Made by a program: the position numbers and the translations under genes. Source: Klebsormidium nitens (lineage: Eukaryota > Plantae > Klebsormidiophyceae). From it: 64,000 nucleotides of DNA. The stretch's first letter is position 1, and the number at the start of each line of letters is the position of its first letter. The notes beneath the pieces are model-generated. The model did not search any database and was not told the origin of the DNA. It saw only the letters and a program-made list of their open reading frames with translations. Shown piece after piece: positions 20,501-32,706 of this stretch. Where the stretch lies: the NCBI GenBank assembly GCA_000708835.1, contig DF237262.1, forward strand, positions 1 to 64,000. The letters run 5' to 3'.

Positions 20501-23500
20501 GCACCTCCGCTTTAAGTTCCGTCTCCTGCACATGCGCGGACTCGTACTACTTTAGTGCGGAAGGAGTGGTGCTAGATCCCTGCTTTTGCTTCTTTGAAAA
20601 TATTTCAGACGGCCCCACAGGTTCGGCCTTGACAATCGCTTGAGAATGTTCTTACTGGTTCCTTACGTACTTTTTTGGCAAGTGAGATTGGACGGATATC
20701 GAACCTCAACTTTTGCGAACACCACGGGTGAATCGGCAGAATCGGCAGAATGAAAAATCGGCAGAATCGGCTCGATAGAAAAAGCTAGGTGGGTTGGACT
20801 CAAGCGATGACGAACTCTACATGACGCATCAGATTCTGGGCGAATCCAGAGAAACAAAAAGGCGGGAAAGGGAAAAGTTTTGGCCGCGCACCACTTTCTG
20901 CAGGTCTTCGAAGCCCTTGACGGACAGCTCGGAGATGTCGAGCACGAGCGTGTTGCGCTGCAGGTTCTCCTTGAAGTTGCTCAGGTCGATGTACCCCTTG
21001 CGCTCCTTGTCCACCGCTGACGTCAGCGTATCCATCTCGTGCGGCCGCAGCTGCAGGGAGAGGAAACGCGTCTTGGTCCTGTTCCGTGAGTCTAGACACG
21101 TTCAGTAGGTATGATTGTTGGATGTTATTCTCCCTTGCAAGTTGCTCAGCTCAATTTACCCCTTGTGCTCCTTGTCCAAGGCTGACGTCAGCGTCTCCAT
21201 CTCGTGCGGCCGCAGCTGCAGAAAAGACGTACGCGAATCCTTATACTTTACCTTCCACCCACGTATTCGACAGCTTGGGCTTTGTGTTTTTGGTTCGACT
21301 GTCCTCAGTACTAAAAACTCCACTCTTAAGGTCCTTTTCCTCGGCTCACGTCAGATTCCCAACTCGTGCGGCCTCAACACGCGTTGGAACACGCGTTTCC
21401 ACCGCTTGATAAAAGGAGAAGGGCGAAGCCTCATACATTTTCAACGACTGTACTTGAATGATCTCCTCACAGCTGCTCAGCTCAACGTGTCTTTCCCGCT
21501 CGTACGTCCTGGTCGCCGTCGGAAACCTTGGATATGCTGTGTTCTTCTCCCCGTCAGAAGCATTTTAGACTGAGATTCAGATTCATTTCCGGATGGAATC
21601 ATGTCCTAGATATGACAAAGTCTGTCTCTGAGGGGTGGATCCAGAAGGCGAACAGCAGAAGACGCCTCTTGTTTTGTGCGTCATTCAAGGAATGAATACA
21701 GAACATTAGCTGCGAAACGCGCACCTTGATGCCCATGTCTTCCAGCCCTTGCTTCAGCTCCTCGTATTGCAAGATGCCGTCCCTGGAAAAACAACAAGAC
21801 GGCGCCGTCACCGCGTGACCTTGAGTTGTTCAACAAGAATAAAACTTCTTGGATATACATCACGTAACAGAGGATCTCCTGCCACAAACTGGCGGCCGAG
21901 ATCAGTTCCGTTGGGTGCCTTCAGAAACTTGACAAGGGGCTCGGCCTTCGAAGTTCGATTCGAGTATCGCGGAGAGAACAGCTAGGTCTGTCAATACAAC
22001 CAACACTATCCAAACGCTTTCTGGTCAGCTAGAATATTTTGCTGCATGAGCTTACCGATTCTCGTCAAACTTGAGGAAGGCCTTGTCGAGTACGCCCAGC
22101 TTCGTGTCCAGCCGCTCCAGAATCTTCTGCCTGCGCAACCGTAATCAAGAGCGTCAGAAAGCGTCCAACGATTCCGGTCTGGATCGAGTACTCTCTTCCC
22201 TTCTACTCACGTGGGAGCATTAGCTACTTTAAACACGATTGGACGATTCAAGACATGCATGATGATAATGCATAGTGGAACAGTGAAATTTTTGTGGAAC
22301 GTGGGATTCCAGTACGAAGTTTCGGCGCCGATTACGCACCGTATCCGGACGAGCCGCTTCTCGTCGTCCGTCAGAAGCCGCTCAATTTTCAAGCGGCCAG
22401 TCACCGTGTCCAGCAGCTGCCACTCCTTTTTCCTGCATCCAAAAAGGTATGCCGGTTCAGCGTCTCCTGTCCTACTCGTCGATAAGGAAATGTCCTACTC
22501 GTCGATAAGGAAAAGAGTCTTTACGGCGGACGAGAGTCTTAGGCACTCGAGAAAGGGGAACTCAACCTGTCCCGTTTCTTGAGCGGGCTGCCTGTGTGCT
22601 TATTGAACGTATCTGCCATCGCCGTCCCGATCCAGATGAGAGGATTGTTGTCAGGTTGAATACAGCCCGAGAGAAGTTGCCTTTTGGTGGTTTAAATAAC
22701 TGGTCCTCAAAACCTGTTGCGCGCTCACCCTTTCTCCGACCGCTTCCCCTTCTTGGTCACCTCCTCCGCGAGCACGCGCGCGCCCTGCCCCAAACTTGTC
22801 CCCGCGGCAAACACGCCCGTGTCGTTCTCAGAAATAAGGTGAGATGCCGCTTGCTCCACCCTGCAAAAGTAATGCAAAGCCTTGAACAAAGCGCTTTGGT
22901 CTTCCCTGATAGGGGAACCTTAATCTGACGGGACGGCTTGTCTGAGCACAGTTATCCTCTTGTCCAGCGATCTAATTTGCTGACGGTCTCAAGGATTTGT
23001 TCTTCACGGACTCGTTCGAACCCATCTCATCTGTAGTTCGGTCTCGTTTGACGAACTAAGCTGTCACGTGGGCGCACGTACAAAATGTAGGACTTAATTC
23101 TACCGTAGGGCGCGCCTTCCTCGCTTCGAAAAAGTGACTGAAGCAAGGAAGTGACACAGAAATCTCACAACTCTGATGGGAGGAGGATTCAAGGCACATA
23201 TTTGAGGGATCCCAAACTTTGAGAAATTGAAGACCCATCAAGAGATATTCCTAACACGGAAGGAGCCTTCCCCTACGGAGAATGATACTTACCCGTCGGG
23301 AAACCGTAGCCTCCTCGAAAAGTCTCGATAGCTGCAAAGACCACACGAATAACAATGGTCAAGAATCCCGTGCATTTTGCAGGCATTAGCGCAGTCTCGG
23401 CGTAGTTTATCAGAGACCCAGGACGCAGGTGGCATCAGTCGCGCGCTTGCGAGGCCTTCCGGAGCCCTTTCATGTGCCCTTGTCACGTGCCCCTTTTTTT

Positions 23501-26500
23501 CTGGTGAGACAGATGTCACCGAGGAGAAATGACAGAACCTAATTTATGAGGATCTAAACCTCCACAGCCCTCGCTTGACAAGAAGCCTGTCCTTGTGGGA
23601 AAAGAAAGCGCTCGAAGTGCGGCACATTCAGGGGGAGTGAGCTAAGAAGGCTAGAAAGTGACCAAACCCAACATTCTCACTTGATGCCAGCACGCGGGAC
23701 TGCGAGCGTCATTTTGAAGCATTCGCTTTCAGAATTAGTGTCAATAGACTCGATTTGAAAGCGGTTCTTTGCAATCCCGCATTCTGCGACCTTCAGCGCT
23801 CCGAAAACATCACGCTAACCTAGTAATCCATCCGAAAATTTGTTCAGCCTTTCAAAGATGTAACAAATGCAGAAGACCCCGATTCGCCGGACCCAAGGTG
23901 TCAAACCCTCGAACGCTCTCAAATCTTGTGCTGGGGAGGGCGCTCGCTGCCTGTTCAGCACTTTGCTCATATATTTCCGATCCTTTCTTCAATACTATTT
24001 ATCAGAACAAGTTCCTCACTTGACGCGGCCTGTGTTTTCGCGGTCCAGCATGCGCGCGACTTGCAGCGCCTCCTTCTCGTCGAGTCGCACCCCTAGTTCC
24101 TTCAGGCTCTCGTGCAGCTCCTTGTACGCCACCGAGTCCAGCTGCTCCACGTCCCGGCGCGCGCACACCGCGCGCAGCTGCTCGCTCTTCCAGTACAGCT
24201 GCACAAAAGCCGCGCGCGCGTTAGGAATCTTAGCCGCTTTCATAACTTCACGCGCTTGCTCTCACGCCTTTCCAGACCTTTCCGTTTCTGTGTTTTGAGC
24301 GCGCACGTCCGCTCGTGTTGCCGCGTTTGTTGCCGTTTCGTGGCCGACCACGTGGTGTGTTCTTCGGTCCGTCACTCCCGCGCTACTGCGCACCTTCTTC
24401 TGGTGCTGCTTGCGGGGCGCTTCAGTAGGTGGAACTCTTGGGGGTCTTGCATTACGAGCGAGGTACGCAACTTCTCATCAGAGGCCAGATTAGGCTTGGG
24501 GGCCAAATTTTAAGTGTTTCCGCTCACATAGAGACGATCAATCTCAGATTACAGGGCCCTACGAAGTCCGCGCTTCTGTAACGAATGAGAAGAAAGTTGA
24601 GCTCAGCTAAAGCGCCCTCTTGCTTTTTAGACCCTTCAAAAGACCAGAAGCTGTCTCAGCCAGCATTTGCGTGCAAGTTTGGGGTGACGTGATGAGGAAA
24701 AGCGCCCCTACCTTTTCTTCAATCTTCTCCAACGGAGTGGCCTTCCGGTTCATCGCCACAGCCACGCGCGCGCGGTGGGCCGCGTCGGCCGCGTCTGCGC
24801 GCGCACAAAAGACATCAGATTTGAGTGGGGCTTGGAGGCAAGAATTTCAGATCCAAGCGGACTTGCACCTACGCCTTTCTAACAGCGTCAAGAGACGTAA
24901 GAAGAAGTCTTGGTGTACTAACGAAGCAGTCAATCTCAGGCTTCGATCAGGGAACGGTTCCTAGGTGAGCACGCTGAGCGCGTAAAACCGCACGACTGTT
25001 TTCGTACCTCGCAGGATCGCGGCCGCGGGATCGTAGAAGTAGCGCGGGTTTAGAGGGTTGGAAATAAGCTGCCGCTGGAAGCCCCACTTCTTGGCCCCAA
25101 TGTCGATGTCCGAGATGTCCACAGAGGTGCCCACGCCGCCACGTGTCAGGCTGCAACACGTCCAGATCAAAATGATCTTTGAGTTGCGAACTGATAATGC
25201 GCTTGCGCTGAGGGCTCGAATCATTCGCAAAGCATGCGCGCTAAATTGCGACGTTTGTCAAACGGACTCTGATTTTGGGTCGGCTGACGAAACCGAACAT
25301 GGTTCAGATTGTATACCTTCTCTTTATTGGAGACTTACAGATGGATCTCACCGCCCGGTAGTCCAAGTCAAACTGTAAAGAGCACTCCTCAATGCTGTCC
25401 CTGTTGATCCGAAAGAAGCTATTGGTATTGTCGCACCGCTGACTAGCTGATACGCTTCTTTCACAGATGATGCTGATAGCCCTTCTACTATAGCCCTTCT
25501 GACATTACCACCTGTCCTTGACGTCTATTGACACGTCAGTTCTGCGCCGCCCCAACTTCAGCCAAAGAATGTCACCTTCGAGCAAGGTGCTTTGCTTGTG
25601 AACGAGGGGACGCATCCTCCTCGAGCCGCGTTTTCCGGGCCGGCTTTTTGTACAGACTGCGGGCACGTGTCCCGCTGATGTCATCGATGGCGAGGCCGTC
25701 AGTGACCCTGGAGCTGAAAACCTGCGTTCGACGAACTCCAAATTCGACAGAATCCAGATTCGACGGAATCCAGATCGACGGAAAAGCTGCCTTCGTCGAA
25801 CTTCGTAAATGAGAACGTTTGTCACAAGTAGATGCAACTCCGCCACGCCTTTACAGTTGATTCCTTCGAGCACGTTCACCAAAGCTATGCTTTTTACTTT
25901 TGAAGCTCTTGAACAAGTCGCTGTTTGAAGCATACGGCAGCTTGACTCCTTGAGAAAAGGCCGTCCGTTCTGACCAATAACTTCGTGCTGACCATATGCC
26001 TTCGAATGTGCTCTTCTACGCGTCGCTTATGTTAAGCTGAGAGTTGGGCGCTGATCCGCCTGATCTTTCCAGCGTGCTACTGCTTTTGCCTCTGTTGCAT
26101 CCAAGCAGATCTGCATGACACTCCAAGTCGTGACTAAATAAGAAATCTCACCCGTTCATTTGCACTTCCAAACAAAGTCGTCGGGACATTGTGGTTGGCC
26201 AGGGTATAGGCGGGGGTTCAAAGTAAGTTGCAGCGAATAAGTTTCTAACTCTGCTGGCTGTGCAACGCACTGGCCATCAGTACCTTCGTGTTATTGCATG
26301 AATTTCTCACAAGATCCTGATCTCCGATCCGAATGTTATGGTGTTTGTTTGGCAACCTTGTACAAGGCGATGCTAGAGAGAGAGTAGCAACACAACACGG
26401 ATTTAGAACGAATTCATATGCAACGTTGTTTTCGTACCTCGCCGTCAGTCCCTGCGGGAATTGCGCTTCCGCCCTCAGGCAGCTGATAGACAGGCTCCAG

Positions 26501-27664
26501 CGGGTTAATGCTCCGTTTGGTGGTCAGAAATGCCTTCTTTGCGGACACGCGACGCTCCTCCTCTTCCAGCCAAGCATGAGTGTCCAACTTGCTAGGCCCA
26601 GGCTGCAGATGAGTGTGTTTGTTTGGACGTTATTCTGCTTTTGACAATGCAGATAGGTCCTTTGGAAACAGACCCTTTTGAACCATGTTCGGGACCCAAT
26701 GAAAAGACTTAGCCTTTCCAAGATCAAGGGACATACCGAGGTACGTTACCAATTCTGCTTAAAGCCTAAGCAAATGTATAGCTCTCCAGCTACATAGCAA
26801 CAGATCGACACCATCAGCTCAACTGCCAATTTGGAACCATAGCATTGATGCCTGCGCATAAGTCGTCAAAAGCTTGTATCATAGAATTACTCCACCTTGA
26901 TGCATTTCTGTGCAAGCGGCTGCTGTCGTTTTCTCTTTTTCACAAAGTGGATTGTCAAGACTTGTTTTTTAGCTAGGTGTTCGGGCTGGGGTTGTGCTAG
27001 CTTCTTGTGTCAAATATTGAGCAGAACACTTGTAGGTGCCTCTCACAAGACAACTGGGTAACCCGCTATAAACTACCAACGGATTGGCTTTGGAAAGAGT
27101 GCTGATGATTGGAGCAGTATTTCCATCAGCGTCAACTTTTGCAGTCACCTAGAGATTCCATACAGCTAACAATGCTCAAGGATCTTCCCGCCTATACTTC
27201 CATGGATTACCCCCATTTGAACAATCGGTGACCTTGTGCAGTTTACCACACAGTATGCATAAAGTTGGAGCTCTATATTCCCACCTCCTCCAGCACTTCG
27301 CTCCGAGGTGACACTTAGAGCATAAAAGCAGCTAAGCAGCTTTTTGCAGACCTGGTTAGGTCAGACATCTAGCTTTGCCCATTACCTGACTGTGTGGCCG
27401 CTTCGGTGGTGATGCCTGCGCCCCAGGAATATCAATTGTCCTCAGATTGAGCGCTTCAGCCACAGGCCACACCGAACCAGGATTTGTAGCAAATGGAGGG
27501 CTCAGCTTTGGACTGCCAGCAGGGTCCGAGAAGACATCCCGAGAGCTCAACTCCCAGTTGAACGTGGCTTTCATCTCTTGCGATGACGAGCGGAGCCGCT
27601 CGGCATTGATGTGAGCCGCTGAGTGTTCCATTTTCTTCCTTCTTTTCAGGTCAGCAATTCTCAT
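17593..27664 (-). CDS. Multi-exon (~18-19) EF-hand calcium-binding protein with N-terminal DIxG[AT]/NPLxPxY repeats; probable ciliary/axonemal protein
   Basis: Phase-consistent exons encode EF-hand loops DRENTGRVNYRDF, DENRDGILQYEEL, DKERKGYIDLSNF, DLDKDNSISEPEL, DKDRSGAIQFDEL. N-terminal repeats: LRTIDIPGAQA (~27400), KRSINPLEPVYQLP (~26490), LAIDDISGTRAR (~25690), ISDIDIGAKK...SNPLNPRY (~25040-25110). The start and the last 2-3 junctions are uncertain. Confidence 0.8.
18424..18517 (-). repeat. Intronic frameshifted copy of the start of the exon at ~18270-18364, acceptor included
   Basis: ccgcag|CGAGGAGACAGCCGAGGGTGCGCCACGAGCAGCTGCTCTCGCGGATCCTGAGG vs ctgcag|CGAGGAGACGGCCGAGGTGCGCCACGAGCAGCGGCTCGCGCGCATCCTGAGG. 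There is a 1-bp insertion and a later deletion that creates TAA. Confidence 0.9.
19538..19768 (-). repeat. Two intronic decayed copies of the EF-hand exon end at 19838-19925
   Basis: aaccttgagcgtgtgaagcatttccttgagctctgcttccgaaatc (19667ff) and caccttgaagatgtggagcatc...gagttgtccttgtccaaatcggac (19538ff) match aaccttgagcgtgtggagcatctccttgagttccggttccgaaatcgagttgtccttgtccaaatcggac. Confidence 0.9.
21100..21225 (-). repeat. Intronic copy of the EF-hand exon 20886-21056, with acceptor and premature stop
   Basis: ctgcag|CTGCGGCCGCACGAGATGGAGACGCTGACGTCAGCCTTGGACAAGGAGCACAAGGGGTAA vs the real ...GCGGTGGACAAGGAGCGCAAGGGGTAC. Fainter fragments lie at ~21345-21375 and ~21470-21510. Confidence 0.9.
22468..22513. 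repeat. Perfect 23-bp tandem duplication (intronic)
   Basis: tgtcctactcgtcgataaggaaa x2. Confidence 0.95.
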
Positions 27665-28944
27665 CTAGCTGGAAGTAGGTAATCTTTTCAAGTTCAAAGT
27701 CTTAAAATTCTCATCAGCAGCCTCTTCTTAGGCTGGTGAACTTATTCTAATTTAACCTCATCTAGCTCACCGCACGATAATGTTTTCAATGGGTGAAGCC
27801 TTCGCCTGAGTTGAATGCTTTGGGCCACCTCCTCGCTCCTTTTCCATGAGGGCTTTGCATTGCATTATCTGCTTTGCTCCGGCATCCAGCCTGCAGCAGA
27901 CAAACCATGTCCACGCAGACACAACTGAAGATACATATTGCCCTTCGCACACACCAGGTAAACTTGATGGGAACTGAATGGCTGTAGGAAACCACCTTCC
28001 ATATTTTCTACATAAGCTTTCCTGAGCTTTCATGCCGGCTTCCTCTGGAAAGATTTGATTTGTTGCTCCTTGAATCAGGATGGTGCACTTGCGACTCAAC
28101 AGTGAAATGACCGCTCATATCCCTGACATGCTGACACAGATGTCACTCAGACGTTTCAGACTCGACAGTCAGTCTGACACCAAAATCGTTTCCGACTCGT
28201 ATTGAAGTTCCGCTTTCAAATCCAAAGTGTCAATCTTGCAACCCCTGACGATGGTAGTCGTATCTTGACACAACGGAGCAAAGTGCATGCTCGTCAACTG
28301 CTGTCTATTTCGAATCTTGCAAGCGCGCGCGCATTATCGATCCAACGGTGGTGCTTCTGCGCCGCAGACGCTTTCAGGCTGCATTATGCATTTCTCAACA
28401 ACCGACCTGCTGGCAAGGGCTACAAGAAGTTCACTGTTCAGAACGGCAAGCTGCTTCGATCCATATGCTTGAAGTATAGCTAGATGGGTTCTCTTGCTTT
28501 CAAGGTCTTTCTTCTGCAATTCGCACTTGCGCTGCATCTATAGGTAGGTTCTGCATATTTGTGAGCTGGTCTTTGCCCCGTAGTGCCCTTGGCATCCAGC
28601 AGAAGGTGAGGGATTGGAAGCTTGCCTTCCAAGCTGCAGTAGCACGCTCAATGAGTTGTTGCTGATATTAACCAGGTGTGCAACTTGCTCTAAAAATCAA
28701 TATCTCTGGCGGTCAGAAAGTTGTTTGAAGAAGCTGCTGAGACTTCCTTCGACCTTCCTCTTGCTCAACATGAAGCAACTTGCGCAGGTGTGCTCAATGA
28801 CCGACACTTTAATACTCACATTTGCAGCTAGTTCGCGTGAGTCACTGCTCAGGATCCGGAAGAGCTCATCCTACTGACTCTGCCAATCAAGCTTCCTAAG
28901 GAAGGAGGGGCAGCACTGAGCAAATTGGAGGCTGACCGAAGACA

Positions 28945-31900
28945 ATGGACAGAGAGGCAGACAAGAATGCAGATGCCGGGAGTGACGATGAGGAGATTGA
29001 CGAATATGACTATGTGTGGAGCAATGCAAGGTAAGCGCCACCTCAGAGTTTCGCTTATAAAAGCCAGACGCTTGTCTTGCTGAGGAAGGTTTCTAACCCT
29101 CTTCCCATGACTTGCCGGTGAGCATCGCAGCACACAGTGGCAGGTAGGAAAGATTGGGGACATGCCCTGGCGAGAGGCTTAGCAAGCTTCGTCTGTCCTG
29201 GGTGCCATGGTAAGACGAAGAATATTTGTCAGCAAAAGAAGGAGCAAACCCAGCTGGTGGTCCTTTCAGCAGTACACAGAGACGAGCTTAAGAAAAGGAA
29301 GCCCAACGATCCAGCGGGAATTTCGTTTGTTGCATGCCAAATGCAAGTCCTCACAAGTGCGTACAAAAGAGCTGCCTGAAATGTTTCGTTCTCTGACTTT
29401 GCAGGCAGGATATGGTGTACGACAAAACGGGACGGAAGATCAAGCGCAGCATCGTGAATGCACGCGAACAGGCAATCGACGACTACGTTGCCGAGCACTA
29501 CGGGGGTGGGGTTGATCCAAACCGGACGGAGCAGCAGAAGAAAGCGGAGATGAGGGGTAAGGGGGAGGGGCCGTCGAACATGAAGAACAAAAATGGGGAG
29601 GAGATGAGTTTTGAGGAGCTCATGCAAAACTTCCGGGAATGGCAGCAGACTCCTGAGGGAAAGGAGGCGATCCGCAAGGAAGAAGAGGTTAAGGCGAGGA
29701 AAGCCGCTAAGAGCGGGGGTGCATCAGAATCTGTGGGAGGTGATGTCAGCAAGGCAAAGAAAGGTGCCAAGGGCAAGAGCGTGGAGAAGGCGGGTAAGAA
29801 GGTCCAGGAACTAGAGCGGAAGTTGCAGAAGTTGGAGTTAGTGGGGAGTCCGTTGGCAGGGCGGAGACCGCTCACAGGGTATCCTTTAGACCGGCCGGAG
29901 AAGCTGGAGCAGTGGCGGACCTACATGGTAAGTGGGAAGCTGGAGGCAGAGTTAAGTTGTCCCTTGATCTCCTGCATTGTAGCCTTCTGAAATGTGGATT
30001 CAAGAGTAAACTAATTTGGACTTTCGACAATTCAGTGGAGGTTGTACCCCTAGGAGACAGATACTCGAGAACAGAAAGCTTTTACTTGTAAATCTTCAAG
30101 GGTTTGAATCGCGAGTACCTTTAAAAGTTGGTTAAGAGCTAGAAGACATAGTTGCTATGTCTGCCTATTGCATGTATCGCAGAATGCTCAGCAGCGATCG
30201 TTGGAGGATACAGTATCTTGAAGTGCTCTTCCTGTGGCAGTGACAAGTGTAGGGATGAACTGATTGCATGTCATCCTGAGAGGTATTAACATCTTATTTG
30301 GGGTTTTCAAGTGGCTTGTGAAGTAGCGCTTGTTCTGCAGCCCCCTTGTGTTTCAGGCAGGGCCTATCATCTTTTCTAAAGGGAATTTGCGTATGGTGCT
30401 TTAGGAAAGAGCACTGGAGCGAGTCAAAAATGCTTCAACTCTTTCTAGGGCAGAGTGCTGATGTTGATTCCTTTAACAAATCCCCCCAGCACTCGTAAGT
30501 TTTCACTCTCAAGTAGAGCCGTACAAAGAAGACACAAACTCATGCAATGAGCTTTTAACGCATTCGAGGTAAGGTTGTCGCCTTATCAAAACAGGCCTTG
30601 CTCTCCTGGTTTGTCGCAGGGAAAGGACGGGCGAGCTTACTTCGTTCGAGCAGGCGACAACGGACCCGGCACGTTTTGGAAGCCGGACGACCTGCTAGAC
30701 ACCTCGGAAGCTCAAACAGGTGATGTGACACCCCTCTCCAATCAACATCTTGCGAGCCCTGTCTTTCAGCGACTTTTGAATCGGCTTTTGCCAAGTTGTT
30801 GTGAGATCCTCGTAGAGGAAATGGACCCTTCCGTTGACATCTCAGAGTTTGCACGGATAAACATCCGAGTTGCTGATTCATCCTCTATCGAGGAAACCTC
30901 TATCTCTTACGATTCCAACCTGTCAAGCCTTCAATCCCTCAACCCTAAAATCATAAACCTCTAGACGGGCAGGGTGGCAAGAGCTCTTTGACAAGGACGG
31001 CCGCCTCTACTACTACGACCCGAAGACTAGATTTCCAAACGCGCAACCCTAAACTTAAACCCGTTTTTCTCACAATCTCGATTTCTGAAACCTTCAACCC
31101 CTCAACCCTCTACCCTAAAACCCTAAATCTCTGGACGTGCAGGTTGGCAAGAGCTCTTCGACAAGGACGGCCGCCCGTACTACTACGACCCCAAGACTAG
31201 AGAGACCAAGTCGCAGATGCCGAGCCGCCTCAAGGTCGCACGCACAATGGCTGACGTCATGCTGAACGTTGGTTACGACGATGACACCACGGCGCGCTTG
31301 GCGCCGAAACCGGGACCGGCGGGCTGGAACCTTTTCTCCGACGGTGAACTGCGGAATGCCAGTGTGGTAAGGAAGCGGAACCGGAACCGGAAAGAGGAAT
31401 GAAATATTTTTGTCTTGATGGCAAGGACATTCTTGCGAAGTAATGTGACGGGCACTGAAGGACTGTGTTGGGCGGACTTCGTGAGGGCCAAAGGAACTTA
31501 GGTACAGGATTTACAACTTTTGCTTGAGGTTCCTGGTAATGCTTTGTTGTTGTCTCAAGCTGAGGTTGTCTGCAATGTTGTTGGTTGACGCTGTTCATTA
31601 GCCTCTGTTCAGGTCTGCGTTTGCTGTGTGTCCGGAATTCCGGAGTTGACCCTCCGACATTCTGAAACGTTCAAGTCCTTGTAAAGTGCGTGTTCTGTAA
31701 CCGGGTCTTTCTGATATTCTATTTCTGCCGCGATGAGCCCGGCGACCAAGACTTGAAAGTAGCAGAAGTGCGGCTGAATGTTTCGCCGATTCCGCTCACA
31801 TTCCGCTCGATATCTCTTCCTCCCAACAACCGTGCTTGTAGACAACCCCATACCTGGTATCCAACCATATCAAACTAGTACTTGAACGTGCTTTGAAACG

Positions 31901-32706
31901 GGGAGAGCACATGTGCACAAGCGGACTTCCGCCTTCATGAAGGCTGAAGAGCGCTGTTCGCTCCCTCAGGAGGAGTTTGCGGAGATGTGCTTGACGATCT
32001 TGAAAGGGGTTTCCAACCCATCCAACTGGTTCTTAAACGGCCGTCCTTAAAACGGGAAGAGCACGAGCACAATCGAATGTTCGCCTTTATGCACTCTCAA
32101 AAGCGTTGTTCGCTTCTTCAGGAGGAGTTTGCGGAGTTGTCCGCTTCCCGCATGGTGGACATGATGTCTTCCGGGGGCGTTCCGATCCCGGATGCAATGC
32201 GCGAGTCGTTGAAAGCGGCGTGGAAAGAGCGTACCTTAGAAGAGTGCAAGAACGTCCCGCCGAAGGGAGGTGCATCGAAGAACACGTCGGGACAGGATTC
32301 GAAAACTAACGCGTTCGACGAGTTTAGAACGCTCCCAAACGGGCAGCGCGTGAGGGTGTGCTGGGAGCCGAGCTGCGGCAAAGACGAAGCGACGGCCGGA
32401 AAGTTCAAGCGCTGCAACGCGTGCGCCAAGGCGCGGTATTGCTCCCGTAAGTGCCACGCTTCCTTGAGTTCTACAAGCTGCGACTTGCAAGTTGTTTGGC
32501 ACTCATGAATCAGGGAAGCCCAGTTTTGCATTTGTGCGCGCTTGGTAGTGTGTTACTCTGACTTCGAACCATTGGAATATTGACCCCTGTTTGAACTTGT
32601 GTTTGCAGGGGATTGCCAGCTCCAGCATTGGAAAGCTCACAAGAAGGATTGTAAGGAAATGGCAGCCGAGAGGCTTGAGGGAAAGCCTGGCAAAGCTCAT
32701 ACATAA
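28945..32706 (+). CDS. Protein with two WW(-like) domains and a C-terminal MYND zinc finger. Exons: 28945-29030, 29405-29927, 30620-30719, 31143-31366, 32122-32446, 32609-32706
   Basis: All junctions are GT-AG and in phase. WRTYMGKDGRAYFV...TFWKP; GWQELFDKDGRPYYYDPKTRETKSQMP; CWEPSC...KRCNACAKARYCSRDCQLQHWKAHKKDC. Confidence 0.88.
30940..31135. repeat. Intronic duplicate of the WW exon start, embedded in telomere-like (CCCTAAA/CCCTAAAA) units
   Basis: 30973ff ggtggcaagagctctttgacaaggacggccgcctctactactacgacccgaagactag vs the real exon 31143ff. Flanking caaccctaaaatc, aaccctaaacttaaacc, ctaccctaaaaccctaaat. Confidence 0.85.
31930..31992 (+). repeat. Intronic decayed copy of the 3' splice site region of exon 32122
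   Basis: gagcgctgttcgctccctcag|GAGGAGTTTGCGGAGATGT vs aagcgttgttcgcttcttcag|GAGGAGTTTGCGGAGTTGT. Confidence 0.85.

Noticed and set aside
24290-24440. Possible extra exon of the EF-hand gene
   Set aside because: The flanking exons join in phase without it (EEK|LYW), and its acceptor is weak.
30940-31135. True chromosome end
   Set aside because: The telomere-like units are few, degenerate and inside an intron of an intact gene.
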